The notes below the pieces were generated by a model. It saw only the letters and a list, made by a program, of their open reading frames with translations, did no database searches and was not told the DNA's origin. A DNA stretch of 64,000 bases. Origin: Octopus bimaculoides. Lineage: Eukaryota. The stretch spans positions 52,784,082 through 52,848,081 of the forward strand of contig NC_068983.1 in NCBI RefSeq assembly GCF_001194135.2, given 5' to 3'. Numbering within the stretch: the stretch's first letter is position 1; the number at the start of each line of letters is the position of its first letter. Made by a program: the position numbers and the translations under genes. This document shows, piece after piece, positions 1 to 13,233 of the stretch.

Positions 1-23
1 GGCTCCAACACCTTCATTCCCCA

Positions 24-56
24 TAGATAGATAGATAGATAGATAGACAGATGGAC

Positions 57-112
<56 letters not shown>
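24..112. repeat. (GATA)n microsatellite
   Basis: Direct tandem AGAT units. Confidence 0.97.
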
Positions 113-115
<3 letters not shown>

Positions 116-139
116 CCTGTATTCAATTAATTTTCTCTT

Positions 140-428
140 GTGTATAAATCTCTCTCCCACTCTACTCAACTCTTCTCTTCTCTCAGTCTTGCTCTGTGTT
201 CTCTCTTTTTCTTTTCCTTCTCTCTTTCCATTCCATCTCTTTCTCTCTCTCCCCTACTTTCACACATACACACACACACACACTCTCTCTCTCTCTCTCT
301 CTCTCTCATTCCCTATCTTTCTCTTTCCATCTTATTTTCTCTTCAGATACCTTTCTCTATTCTCTTAGCACTCCATATCACTTTCATACTATTGCCTTTC
401 TCATTCTTCTCTCTCTTTCTATCCCTTT

Positions 429-474
<46 letters not shown>

Positions 475-505
475 ATCTCACTCTTTTTCACACACACATA
501 CACAC
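140..505. repeat. Compound CT/CA/TG microsatellite tract
   Basis: Low-complexity dinucleotide runs; they explain ORFs 138..368, 140..508 and 196..558. Confidence 0.9.
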
Positions 506-1657
506 TGATGCATAGACCCATCAGTCAGCCAGTCCATCCAACACGTTTTCTGCACTAAACAGCAGTTCTTTAAAATTCTCAACTGGTTGCTCTTACACTN
601 NNNNNNNNNNNNNNNNNNNNNNNNNNNNNNNNNNNNNNNNNNNNNNNNNNNNNNNNNNNNNNNNNNNNNNNNNNNNNNNNNNNNNNNNNNNNNNNNNNNN
701 NNNNNNNNNNNNNNNNNNNNNNNNNNNNNNNNNNNNNNNNNNNNNNNNNNNNNNNNNNNNNNNNNNNNNNNNNNNNNNNNNNNNNNNNNNNNNNNNNNNN
801 NNNNNNNNNNNNNNNNNNNNNNNNNNNNNNNNNNNNNNNNNNNNNNNNNNNNNNNNNNNNNNNNNNNNNNNNNNNNNNNNNNNNNNNNNNNNNNNNNNNN
901 NNNNNNNNNNNNNNNNNNNNNNNNNNNNNNNNNNNNNNNNNNNNNNNNNNNNNNNNNNNNNNNNNNNNNNNNNNNNNNNNNNNNNNNNNNNNNNNNNNNN
1001 NNNNNNNNNNNNNNNNNNNNNNNNNNNNNNNNNNNNNNNNNNNNNNNNNNNNNNNNNNNNNNNNNNNNNNNNNNNNNNNNNNNNNNNNNNNNNNNNNNNN
1101 NNNNNNNNNNNNNNNNNNNNNNNNNNNNNNNNNNNNNNNNNNNNNNNNNNNNNNNNNNNNNNNNNNNNNNNNNNNNNNNNNNNNNNNNNNNNNNNNNNNN
1201 NNNNNNNNNNNNNNNNNNNNNNNNNNNNNNNNNNNNNNNNNNNNNNNNNNNNNNNNNNNNNNNNNNNNNNNNNNNNNNNNNNNNNNNNNNNNNNNNNNNN
1301 NNNNNNNNNNNNNNNNNNNNNNNNNNNNNNNNNNNNNNNNNNNNNNNNNNNNNNNNNNNNNNNNNNNNNNNNNNNNNNNNNNNNNNNNNNNNNNNNNNNN
1401 NNNNNNNNNNNNNNNNNNNNNNNNNNNNNNNNNNNNNNNNNNNNNNNNNNNNNNNNNNNNNNNNNNNNNNNNNNNNNNNNNNNNNNNNNNNNNNNNNNNN
1501 NNNNNNNNNNNNNNNNNNNNNNNNNNNNNNNNNNNNNNNNNNNNNNNNNNNNNNNNNNNNNNNNNNNNNNNNNNNNNNNNNNATATATACATATGTCTGT
1601 GTGTGTGTGTGTGTGAGAGAGAGAGAAAGAGACTATATTTATACATATACTTACATG

Positions 1658-1721
<64 letters not shown>

Positions 1722-2112
1722 CTTGCAAAGACCTGTTGAGGCAAGTGAAATCGCTGTCGTGGCCAATGAGAGTACTGCCTGATTGGCACCCGTGCCAGTG
1801 GAACATTAAACGCACCACTATCCAGGATCTGAAACCACTATCTTACAATCAGCAGTACAGTATCTTTACCACAAAGCCAAGCACCTCCACAGTTTCTTAC
1901 AAGGGCTTGTCCTTTACAGATGCTGGTTCCACATAAGATGCACCTGTGCCAGTGCCGTATGAATGCACCTGTGCCGGAGCATGTAAGAGACACCCAGCAT
2001 GCTCTGCAAAGTGGTTGGCATTAGGAAGGGTATCCAGCCATAGAAACCAGGCCACAACACACAATTGGCTGACCAGCATGGTAAACGGATGTTAAATGAT
2101 GATAATGACGAT
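1722..2112 (+). mobile_element. Degenerate RTE-related non-autonomous element (family R)
   Basis: gcttgcaaagacctgttgaggcaagtgaaatc head, gtgcc units, ttggcattaggaagggtatccagcc motif, cagcatggtaaacggatgttaaatgatgat tail; homologous to 29645-30003 and 33058-33520. Confidence 0.75.
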
Positions 2113-2154
2113 GTGTACTATAAATGCGGTTACTTTTTTTATGATTTTTTTTAT

Positions 2155-2560
2155 AGGCACAGGAGTGGCTGTGTGGTAAGTAGCTTGCTTACTAACCACA
2201 TGGTCCCAGGTTCAGTCCCACTTTGTGGCACCTTGGGCAAGTGTCTTCTACTATAGCCTCGGGCCAACCAAAGCCTTGTGAGTGGATTTGGTAGTCGGAA
2301 ACTGAAAGAAGCCCGTCGTATATGTGTGTGTGTGTGTGTGTGTGTGTCTGTGTTTGTGTCTGTGTTTGTCCTCCCAACATCGCTTGACAACCGATGCTGG
2401 TGTGTTTACACCCCCGTAGCTTAGCGGTTCAGCAAAAAGAGACCGATAGAATAAGTTCTAGGCTTACAAAGAATAAGTCCTGGGGTTGATTTGCTCAACT
2501 AAAGGCGGTGCTCCAGCATGGCCACAGTCAAATGACTGAAACGAATAAAAGAATAAAAGA
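2155..2560 (+). mobile_element. tRNA-derived CORE-like SINE (family A), full length
   Basis: A-box tggctgtgtggtaag, B-box-like ggttcagtccc, CORE-like ggcaccttgggcaagtgtctt, internal (TG)n, tail ending cagtcaaatgactgaaac(gaataaaa)n; many further copies in the window. Confidence 0.9.
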
Positions 2561-3763
2561 GAAGAATACAACCATGAATATTCTTTCCTTTTGTTCATTG
2601 CTGTTGATGTTGCATAACCATGAGTCACCTTGAATCCGGGCATTTCAGCAATAACTGTCACATTTTTTGATTCAAACATAGTGTACCTAGAACTACATTG
2701 TGTAATGTCTCTTGCCTCTTTCAAGATGGTAGGATGTGATTTCAGAGATATTTAACTGTAATTCCGGCACACTACACTAAATGACAGCACAGAGGTTCCT
2801 ACTTCAGCACATCTATGTGTAGTTATATATCTATCTATATAAATATACACACACACACACACAAAAAGAGCTAAAATATGCCAGCTTTGCTGCATGTTGT
2901 ATGTTATATAATGAATTGCAAATGGCTGCTTTTTCTAATTTTTCATTTCTGAAGGACAATTTTAAAGCTCTTCACGGTAGGAAATCACAAAATTTACAAC
3001 TAAAATTGCATACATAAGAGAAAATTCACCACAATCTCAATACTTAAGTAGGTATTTATAGGTGATATTTGTGCAAAATGACCTAAAATAATTGTTATTA
3101 CTTAACCCTTATATTTATATATAACAACAGGATTGTCAATTGAAGTGAATGTTTACTGAAACAGTTTTGAATATAAAAGGAGAGGAGAGATCTATTTTTG
3201 AAGTATTTATTCCCCGAGCCAATTGAACCTGCTCTTGTATGTCTTTTCAACAACAAATATAATGTTAAATTTGTCAGGTGAAAATCATAACTTCATGTTT
3301 CATCCACAACTATTCCCTAAGCGGTGTACGTATGGGTTGGGGAGACAAGTTTACATCCTTGTGACTTTGCAAATGTGATGTGGGCTCTCTCATATATGCA
3401 TGTATGTTTGTCAATGTTCAGCTTTTATTTCAAGATTTCTTGTCAATAGAGAAAGAGCCGGTTTCTAATGACTGGAGAAAGTAAAATATAGATAGCCTAC
3501 ATTAAATGTCTACACCCATCTATATTCAAATATCTGATCTATAAATTTGTGAAGCAGCAGTCATGATCTCACAGCACCTATAATTATTGGTTACACACAT
3601 CTTGTATATATATGCATGTATGTATATTTATATATATATATACTATTATGTATCATCTCTTCACGTCAGATGCGTTGCTTTTATAGTTACTGTACAATTT
3701 GGTTCAAATATATACACCCACACATATAGACTCATATATATACATACATGTATATACACACAC

Positions 3764-3802
<39 letters not shown>

Positions 3803-3855
3803 TGCACGTACACATATGTATACATATACACACACATGTATATATATACATATAC

Positions 3856-3918
<63 letters not shown>

Positions 3919-3927
3919 GATACACTC

Positions 3928-4279
3928 ACTCTTTTACTTATTTCAGTCATTTGACTGTGACCATGCTGGAGCACCACCTTTAGTCGAGCTAATCGACTCC
4001 AGGACTTATATTCACACACAAACACATATTCACACAAACATATATTCACACAAACATATATTCACACAAACATATATTCACACAAACATATATTCACACA
4101 CACATTCATATATACATATATACGACGGGCTTCTTTCAGTTTTTGTCTACCAAATCCACTCACAAGGCATTGGTCGGCCCGAGGCTATAGTAGAAGACAC
4201 TTGCCCAAGTTTTCATGCAGTGGGACTGAACCCGGAACCATGTGGTTAGTAAGCAAACTACTTACCACACAGCCACTCC
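3928..4279 (-). mobile_element. SINE family A, internal part replaced by a 16-bp tandem repeat
   Basis: Reverse complement of family A head and tail; tattcacacaaacata x~5 at ~4008-4100. Confidence 0.85.
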
Positions 4280-5236
4280 ATATATATATATATATATATA
4301 TGCTACTATGTATCATCCCTTCACCATAGATGTGTTACTTTTAAAGTCACAATTCAATCTGGTTCTCTAAATTCAGAGAAGATTTCCAAACTTTTCTTAA
4401 GCATACTGGGTCACAGTTCATCACCAGCAGACCAATCTTAAGAGTACACACTCCTTGCAGCAAAATGTTCTCATACATAATGTCACCTCCCCCACCCAAT
4501 CTGTACCCCTACGAAAATACAAAAACAAAACAAATGATAAGAGTGCGAGACAACATCATTGATGTGAATGTGAAATGTTAAGAAAACACAAAAACTGATG
4601 AAAAATATATGAGATGTAAAAAGAAAATGTAGATTAAAGTTGCTGGTTCATTGACAGTAATAAATTAACAGATCTATGTACATATATACATACATATACA
4701 AATATATACATATGTCTAAGTGTCTGTGTATGTATATATATATATATACACACACACATACATATATTTGTATACATACATACATAAATATATACATGTA
4801 TATATATATATATACATATATACATAAATATATACATGTATATATATATATGTATACATATATACATAAATATATACATGTATATAATGCATATATATGC
4901 CTGTATATATGTATGTATATATGTATGTATATATATATATATATATATATATACATGATGGCTGATTCCTCATTCTCACCACATTGTTTACACACATACA
5001 TACATACATACATACATACATACATACATACATACATACATACACACTCACATACCTACATACATACATACATACATACATATTGTTAAAAAATAACAAA
5101 GAAGTAATTTTTGGAACAGAGAGAGACAGACAAAGAGAGAAGGATAGAGTGGAAGAGAGAGGGGGAGGAAGAGAGAGAAAGAGAGAGAATGAGAGAGAGA
5201 GAGAGAGAACGAGAGAGAGAAAGAGAGAGAGAGAGG

Positions 5237-5269
<33 letters not shown>

Positions 5270-5744
5270 TGATTGTTAAGATACATTCAAGTTAGAGCTA
5301 TGATAAATCAAATTTGACAACAATTTGTAGGATGACAGACAATCTGGAAGAAATATTATTCACTTGACTATCAATATGGCAAAGTCATATGAATGTCCAT
5401 TATCAATATCATTATTATGATAATCAACGTAGTAAGATACAGGTGTATTTGTGTGGTTAAGAAGCTGGTATGCCACCCTTGTGGTTTCAGGTTCATTCCG
5501 CACCATGGACAAACTGTTTTCCACTATATCATTGAACTGAGCAAAACCTTTTGATAGGATTTGGTAAGTGGAAGCTGAAAAAGCCAATTTTGTCATACAT
5601 ACATATATATTTGTATTGTCCTTTGAAACATGCATATGTATTGAATCCTATTTTGTACTAAAGCTAATTTTGATTCAACATCTTTTTCTCGTCCATTTTT
5701 CTATAATTATTTATGGTATATTTATACCTATAATGATATTTTTC

Positions 5745-5829
<85 letters not shown>

Positions 5830-6082
5830 GAGAGAGATACAGATATAGATAGATAGATAGACAGCTTTTTTTTTTTTTTTTTTGCTGTAGTTTCAGCTCA
5901 AAGCTATACCCCCTGCTGATGCACCACCATTTTAACATTGGCGCATCTCCCTCACCCTTCTCCAAGGTATCACCTTTTCAATTTTATCTGCTGGGACCAT
6001 GAGGCGAACTGACAAGCCTTGCTACTCACACACACACATTTATATAAACACACACATATACATACATACATACATATATTTT

Positions 6083-6451
6083 TTTCATTTCAGTCATTTG
6101 ACTGCAGCCATGCTTGAGAATCGCCTTTAGTCAACCAAATCGTCCCCAGGACTTATTCTTTGTAAGCCTAGTACTTATTCTATCGGTCTCTTATGCCAAA
6201 CCACTAAGTTATGGGGACATAAACACACCAGCATTGGTTGTTAAGCGATGTTGGGGGACAAACACAGATACACAAACACATACACACACATACATATATA
6301 TATGTGTTTCCGTCTACCAAATCCACTCACAAGGCTTTGGTCGACCCAAGGCTATAGTAGAAGACACTTGCCCAAAGTGCCTCGCAATGGGACTGAACCC
6401 GGAACCATGTGGTTGTTAAGCAAGCTACTTCCCACACAGCCACTCTTGCAC
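6083..6451 (-). mobile_element. SINE family A
   Basis: Reverse complement of the family A head, core and tail. Confidence 0.88.
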
Positions 6452-6619
6452 CTATATATATATATATATATATAATAGTGTATAAACAATTTACATATTT
6501 ATACACAAAAGAGGTGACCTTTGTGTATAAGGTCACCTTATACACAAGGTGACCTTATGCTTTAGAAACAATTGAGAGTTGGTGACAGGAAAGGCACCTA
6601 GCTGTAGAAAATCTGGCAG

Positions 6620-6996
6620 TGATGATCATGATAACAAGAACTGTGATGACAACAATGAGGAGAATCATTATGTTGACTGACATAATGATGATGACAGTGG
6701 TGACAATAATGAGGATGAAATGACAATGACAATGACACCGATGATATTAATGGTGATGACAATTGACAATGATGATTACAACAACCATGGTGACAACACT
6801 GATGACAACGACGACAATCATGGCATTGATTACAATGACCATGATGATGACGATGATGACAACGATGGTGATGACAACAATGACGACAACAATGTTGACA
6901 ACAAAGACAATGATGACAATGACGATAATAACAATGGTGATGATGACAACAACGCCGCCGCCGATGAAGGTGATGATGATGATGATGTCGATAGTT

Positions 6997-7031
<35 letters not shown>

Positions 7032-7087
7032 GATGACGACGACGATGATGTCGATGATGTCGATGATGATGATGATGATGGTGGTGG

Positions 7088-7126
<39 letters not shown>

Positions 7127-7132
7127 CGATGT

Positions 7133-7168
<36 letters not shown>

Positions 7169-7230
7169 CGATGATGATGATGATGATGATGATGACGATG
7201 ATGGTGTCAATGACAATGGTGATGATGGTT
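6620..7230. repeat. Cryptic (GAT/GAC)n trinucleotide array
   Basis: Degenerate GAT repeats directly after an RTE-like ggaaaggcacctagctgtagaaaa motif. Confidence 0.92.
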
Positions 7231-7659
7231 GAGTGAAAATCAATGTTGGTGCTTTCAGCATCTTTAGACTACACACCGAAATCCCAAGATAGCAGAATTC
7301 GATTCTGTCTCAACTGCCATTAAGATTGTTGAAAAGTAATTCCCCATTTATTAACCAACAGTGAAAAATAAAAGAAAATATTTATAAATAATTAAATGAA
7401 ATATATTCAATAAGATTAAAGCACTGAGCTTCAATATTCTCCCATTTCAAAGAATCAATGACAATTCATGTACCAAGACAGATGTAGGACATTTCGCCAT
7501 AGGAAAATTTGCCATAAAAATTTTCATTTTGAATAACCTCATCCTATGTTTTTGATGTCTGACGTTGAATAAAGAATTTCCTATTTAATGCTTTTATAAA
7601 ACCTTTAACATTGCTTTTTTTTCATTTAAAAAAATGTTGATATATTATGTCTTATCATT

Positions 7660-7905
7660 AAGGTGGCAAGCTGGTAGAAATGTTAGCATGCCGGGCAAAA
7701 TGCTTAGTGGTATTTCATCTGTCTTTGTGTTCTGAGTTCAAATTCTGCCAAGATTGATTTTGCCTTTCATCCTTTCAGAGTCGATAAATTAAGTACCAGT
7801 TGCATACTGGGGTCGACCTAATTGACCAGCCCCCCACCCCCCACCCCTCAAAAATTTCGGGCCTTGTGCCTAGAGTATAAAAGAGTGGGGTCAATGTAAT
7901 TGACT
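7660..7905 (+). mobile_element. tRNA-derived SINE family B (Meta-domain-like)
   Basis: aaggtggcaagctggtagaa head, B-box gagttcaaattc, tttgcctttcatcctttcagagtcgataaattaagtaccag central domain. Confidence 0.85.
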
Positions 7906-8057
7906 TAGCACCTCTTCCGAAATTCCTTACCTTGTGCCAAAACTTGAAACTGATGATGATAAGATTATTGTCCATACAGGGAAATTCCTGACAGTAAATT
8001 TTCCAGACACATACCAAGACACCCTTATTCCTAAGGTATTTTTCGATGTTATTATTA

Positions 8058-8091
<34 letters not shown>

Positions 8092-8097
8092 CATTAT

Positions 8098-8645
8098 TGA
8101 GTGAGAGAGCAGTGCATGCCATCAAAGTGACACTGGGGTAAAATATACAAAGCCCATTATACCCATCATGACTACCCGTCTGATAAGGGTACACCAAGCA
8201 CATGCATCACAACCATATGTGCATGACATGGTGATCTCATATCAAGATAAAAAGCGCATGACCTCGCAGATGGGGCCCAGTTAGAATTTTCTTCAGGTTG
8301 AGTATCCCACCCCACTCAAAAGGTCCCTGGATAAGGTTTGTTTAAGGATGTTGAGCAAAACACCCATGTTTCCAAAGGTGAATTATTCAAACCCCAAAGA
8401 ATTCCTCTCAACACATGGCTATGATGCTCCCCCACTACTTCTGTTCATGATCAGAGATGCATATATCATCAGCCACCAAGGGACATGCTCAACTGTTTAA
8501 GGTCAAACAACTGACAAGCAAATCTGTGGTATTAAGCAGAATATTTGCTGTAGCCCATCTCTTATACCATGACAAAACAATGTACATGATAACACTTCCA
8601 ATCAATTAAGATCAGAAGCCATGAAAGCCACTGTCTGGTACTGCA
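8098..8645 (-). mobile_element. ~570-bp non-coding (AAT)n-inserted element (family C)
   Basis: (ATT)n on both sides; near-identical copies at 19111, 43800, 57501 and 58967. Confidence 0.88.
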
Positions 8646-8646
8646 A

Positions 8647-8695
<49 letters not shown>

Positions 8696-8723
8696 ATTAT
8701 TATTATTATCATTATTATTTTTG

Positions 8724-8867
8724 TTCAGGTCATTGCTTGGAATTGAACTCAGAATCTTGGGTTTAGAAGCCCGTGCCCTTAACCACTATGCCATATCATG
8801 TAGGAATGAGAACCCAGGTTCGAAATTACCCCAAGGCACCTGATGAACGCTGGAGGGTATATCAGCC
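8724..8867. mobile_element. Family P (tRNA head + Penelope-like hammerhead terminus): minus-strand head 8724-8797 joined to plus-strand fragment 8801-8867
   Basis: Reverse complement of ggcatagtggttaagggcacggg...gagttcaattcc; then taggaatgagaacccaggttcgaaattaccccaaggcacCTGATGAacgctggagggtatatcagcc. Confidence 0.8.
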
Positions 8868-9974
8868 CTGTTTATAATTATACCGTATGTTATATATGCA
8901 TTAGGAATGGTATCCAGCTGTAGAGACTCTGCCAAATCAGATTGGAGCCTGGTGTGGCCTTCTGGTTCGCCAGTCCTCAGTCAAATCGTCCAACCCATGC
9001 TAGCATGTGGGGTGGATGTTAAATGATGATGATGATGATATATGACTGGTTTATTTCAGTTTCTATCTGCCAAATCCACTCAGAAGGCTTTGGTCAGCAC
9101 AAGGCTATAGTTAATTACTTTTTGCTCAGGGTGCAACATAGAGGGAATGAACCTGGAACCACGTAGCTGGGAAGCAAACTTCTAACCACACAGCCACACT
9201 CCAATAAAACAAACAGATACAAAATAGATTTTAAAACACAACAAATAGTTGTATTTACCCAGAAATCATGATAAGTGTTAAAATTGCTTCTGTTTCTTCA
9301 AGACAGTCACTGTTGTGGTGGAAGTTACTTGACCAATCGCAATATTTATTAACATTATATATTTGTATAGAAAAATGTACCCTTTTCTAGGGAAATACTT
9401 TGTGAAAGGAAAAAAAATTCTATGCATTGCCATAGTTCCTCATCAAAGACATCTTTTGTGAAAGATTCCTTCATTTTTTAGAAATTTCATACAAAATGGA
9501 CTGATTCATCAATCATTCTTATAACATCAAACGTAATGCATCTAATCACTATTGAAGATATACAGCTTCCGAGAAGCTACAAAGAATAAACTCATCAACC
9601 ATGAAGGCAACAAGACTCGTTACTCTATGAAGCAATTTCTAAAATGTCTAAAGAAAATTTAGGAGAAAGCATCAAACATGATATATTGTAGAAAGAAACA
9701 TAAGGTTATTATAACAGTTAACAATTATCTGAGTTGTGAAAAAAATACGTGATTTTAAACCCTGATAGAAATAAAACACCTTATATTGTATTTATTTTTC
9801 TTGCATTAATCAATGTATTTGGAGAATAGTTCTCATCTTATCTCCAAACAATATGCATCTTGCTAACATATATTTCCTGATAAAAATCCTTTACAATAAT
9901 ATAATATCTAATTCCTGTATTGGAACCCTTTCTTACCTTATTTCTGTTGAAATGCATTGCTTTTGTTTCAGTGG

Positions 9975-10595
9975 ATGGGGGGTGATCATATTGACCCCCA
10001 GTATGCAACTGGTATTTAATTTATCGACACTGAAAGAATACGAGGCAAAGTCGACCCCAGTGGAATTTGAACTCAGAACATAAAAACAGATGAAATACTG
10101 CTAAGCATTTAGCATTTTGCCCGGCGTGCTAACGTTTCTTATTTCTTTATTGTCCACAAGGGGCTAAATATAGAGGGGGCAAACATGGACAGACAAAGGA
10201 ATTAAGTCGATTACATCGACCCCTGTGCATAACTGGTACTTATTTAATCGACCCCAAAAGGATGAAAAGCAAAGTCGACCTCAGCGGAATTTGAACTCAG
10301 AACGTAACGGCAGATGAAATACTGCTAAGCATTTCGCCCAGTATGCTAATGATTCTGCCAGCTCAGCGCCTTATTATATAGGTGTATTCTTTTCTACTCT
10401 AGGCACAAGGTCCAAAATTTTGGGGCAGGCAGCCAGATTGACCCCTGTTCATAACTGGTATTTAATTTATCAACCCCAAAATGATGAAAGGCAAAGTTAA
10501 CCTAGGCAGAAGTTGAACTCAGAACGTAAAGACAGACAAAATACCGCAAAGCATTTCATTCGCTGTGCTAACGTTTCTGCCAGCTCTCCGCCTTG
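9975..10595 (-). mobile_element. Three adjacent or nested SINE family B copies; full-length copy 10137-10372
   Basis: Repeated gatgaaa(a/g)gcaaagtcgacc..gaatttgaactcagaacgtaa..gaaatactgctaagcattt on the reverse strand. Confidence 0.88.
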
Positions 10596-11187
10596 GTTCA
10601 ATTAAAAATAATAATGATCTTATTGTATTCAGTGGTCAGGTGCACTACAACTCATCAGGAAAACAAGCCAAATGTGCATGAACAGTGCATAGAATAACAC
10701 AAAGGAAGTGAACAGTGAATGAGTCATTTAAAAACAGTCGGAGACATCAAGTGTACCGTTGACAAATATCAGCATGGAAGTTTTGATGGATGTAGTGTTC
10801 TAACAGCTAACAACTTACTTTTAAAATAATGAGAAATTTAGCAAAAATAACTTTCTAGTTGTTTTAGGTTACCTCTATATTTTCATTTTTTATTTTTACT
10901 TGTCTTGCCAAATAAGGTTTGGCTATGTTGGTGCATCATTATTGTGGTTGCTATTCCTCTTACTGATCCTCCTTCTTTAGTTGGTATTTGGTAAATGAGA
11001 GTTCAAAGCTTTTGCCCTCAGCTGAGTTTCTTTCTGTGAAGTGGACTCATTTATTGAAGCCTTTTGTTACAATATTTCTGTTAAAAATACATTATTTTTG
11101 TTTAAATCAATTTTTAAAATAAGGAAGAATTTAGTTTTAAAAAATAGCTTTTTCGTTATTAATTTGGTGGTTTGGAACACAAATTAA

Positions 11188-11408
11188 CCCTTTCATTACC
11201 AACCTGGCTGAAACTGGCTCTGGCTCTGAGTACAAATGTCTTGTTTCCATGAGTTTTGAATTAAAATCTTCTACCAAACCTTTGTCACAATTTATGTTTC
11301 TAACACTAGCTTAATGGTAACTAAGTTATTTTACTAAATTCTTTGTTATATTTAAAATTTATTGAAAGAAGCACAGAGCACCTCAACAGAAATATGGTAA
11401 CAAAAGGG
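11188..11408 (+). mobile_element. piggyBac-type MITE
   Basis: TTAA|CCCTTTCATTACC...GGTAACAAAAGGG|TTAA, i.e. TIRs and a TTAA target duplication. Confidence 0.85.
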
Positions 11409-12210
11409 TTAACATGACTCCCTGATGGAAAACGTTAAACTGTCTTAATCCTTTAATCTTTTACTTCTTTCAACACATAAGCTGTGACCATGATGGGGTA
11501 CCACCACTGGTGTTGCTACCTTTTATCCTCCTTTAGTTAGCATTTAGTGAATAAGGCATTTTGAGTTGCTGCCCTCTCAGTTGTGAGTGCTTTTTATGTG
11601 GCACCAGTATCAATGATTTATTTTACATATAGAACCAGTACCAATGACTTTTATATGGAATCGGCACCAATGAAGGGTTATTAAAGATCAATATTTTGTT
11701 GCATGTTAGAAAGGTCATTATGCTGTGTGTTTTTATTGGCATAACTTTCACAAGATACAAAAAAAATATATTTCGACACACGAGGTTCACATCAAAAATC
11801 TTGTAAACTAAATACAGAAATGAAAGATCAGTAAAATCCAAAGAAAATTAGAATTGCAGAATTCAAAGTCTTACAAATAAACAGTGTAGGAATTGGTAGT
11901 CTTAGATTAAATAATTGCATGACAGATTCACTGAATGCCAACACAATCATAATAATTTTATACATTGAAAACAATAAATTAGTACATCGCATTTTGATTG
12001 CTGATAGATGCAGGTGTAGCTATGAATAGGTGTGGCAATGAACATGTGTGACTATGTACAGGTATAGCTAAGTGCTGGTGTAGCTGTGTGGTATGAAATT
12101 TGCTTCCAAATTGCATGATTCTGGGTTCAGTCCCACTGTATGGCACCTAGGGAAAATGTCTTCCACTATAGCCATGGACAGACCAAAGCTTTGTAAGTGG
12201 ATTTAGTATG

Positions 12211-12437
12211 CAGCTGGCAGAAACATTAGCACGCCGGGCGAAATGCTTAGCGGTATTTCGTCTGCCGCTATGTTCTGAGTTCAAATTCTGATGAGGTCGA
12301 CTTTGCCTTTCATCCTTCCGGGGTTGATAAATTAAGTACCGGTTACACACTGTGGTCAATGTAATCAGCTTAACCCCTTTGTCTGTCCTTGTTTGTCCCC
12401 TCTATGTTTAGCCCCTTGTGGGCAATAAAGAAATAAG
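12211..12437 (+). mobile_element. SINE family B inserted into a family A copy (~12070-12790)
   Basis: Family A core is interrupted after gtggatttagta and resumes at aaattgaaagaaacc. Confidence 0.85.
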
Positions 12438-12463
12438 AAATTGAAAGAAACCTGCTTGTCATT

Positions 12464-12559
<96 letters not shown>

Positions 12560-12796
12560 GGTGTTAGCATATCCTTGCCTTGACACCACATGATAGTTGT
12601 GACTGCCACTGTCACGCATGAGTTATCCTTCCTTTCCAATCTTCCAAGACATGCTTGGCCATGGGGAAATATTATTTTACTTGGAAACAGATAAGGGTTG
12701 ATGACAGGAAGGGCATCCAGGTGTATAAAATTCAGCACAATAAATTCCAGCCAATGCATGCAAGCATGGAAAAGTGGATGTTAAAATAGTGATGAT

Positions 12797-12972
12797 AGGT
12801 GCAGGAGTGGCTGTGTGGTAAGAAGCTTGCTTCCCTACTACATGGTTCTGGGTTCAGTCCCACTGCATAGCACCTTGCACAAGTGTCTTCTACTATAGCT
12901 TCAGGCTGACCAAAGCCTTGTGAGTGGATTTGGTAGACGGAAACTGAAAGAAGTCTGTCATATATATATATT

Positions 12973-13017
<45 letters not shown>

Positions 13018-13233
13018 ATGTCTTTGTGTATCTGTGTTTGTCCCCCCACCACCATCACTTAACAACCGATGTTGGTGCATTTATGTCCCACCCCCATAAC
13101 TTAGCAGTTTGGCCTAAGAGAGCAATAGAATAAGTACTGGGCTTACAAAGAATAAGTCCTGGGGTTGATTTGTTCAACTGAAAGTGGTACTCCGGCATGG
13201 CCACAGTCAGATGCCTGAATCAAGCAAAAGAAT
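12797..13233 (+). mobile_element. SINE family A, full length
   Basis: Head, CORE-like segment, (TA)(TG)n middle and tail all present. Confidence 0.88.

Noticed and set aside
579-1936. Long ORFs of 395-449 aa (also 21946-22468, 25985-26619, 53223-53995, 58554-59039, 63249-63735)
   Set aside because: They read through N gaps; artefacts.
3587-5295. Many YI/HT/CV/RE-repeat ORFs, here and throughout the window
   Set aside because: Translations of TA, CA and GA microsatellites.
6720-7232. Asp/Asn-rich ORF resembling molluscan acidic shell proteins (also 39498..40361 and 59774..60031)
   Set aside because: It is a (GAT/GAC)n expansion following an RTE-type tail, open in several frames at once, with no signal peptide or non-repetitive domain.
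7775-8203. Recurring ORF MCLVYPYQTGSHDGYNGL.. (also 18661..19215 and 43687..43905)
   Set aside because: It is the 3' end of non-coding family C read into (AAT)n; recurrence reflects repeat copies, not a gene family.
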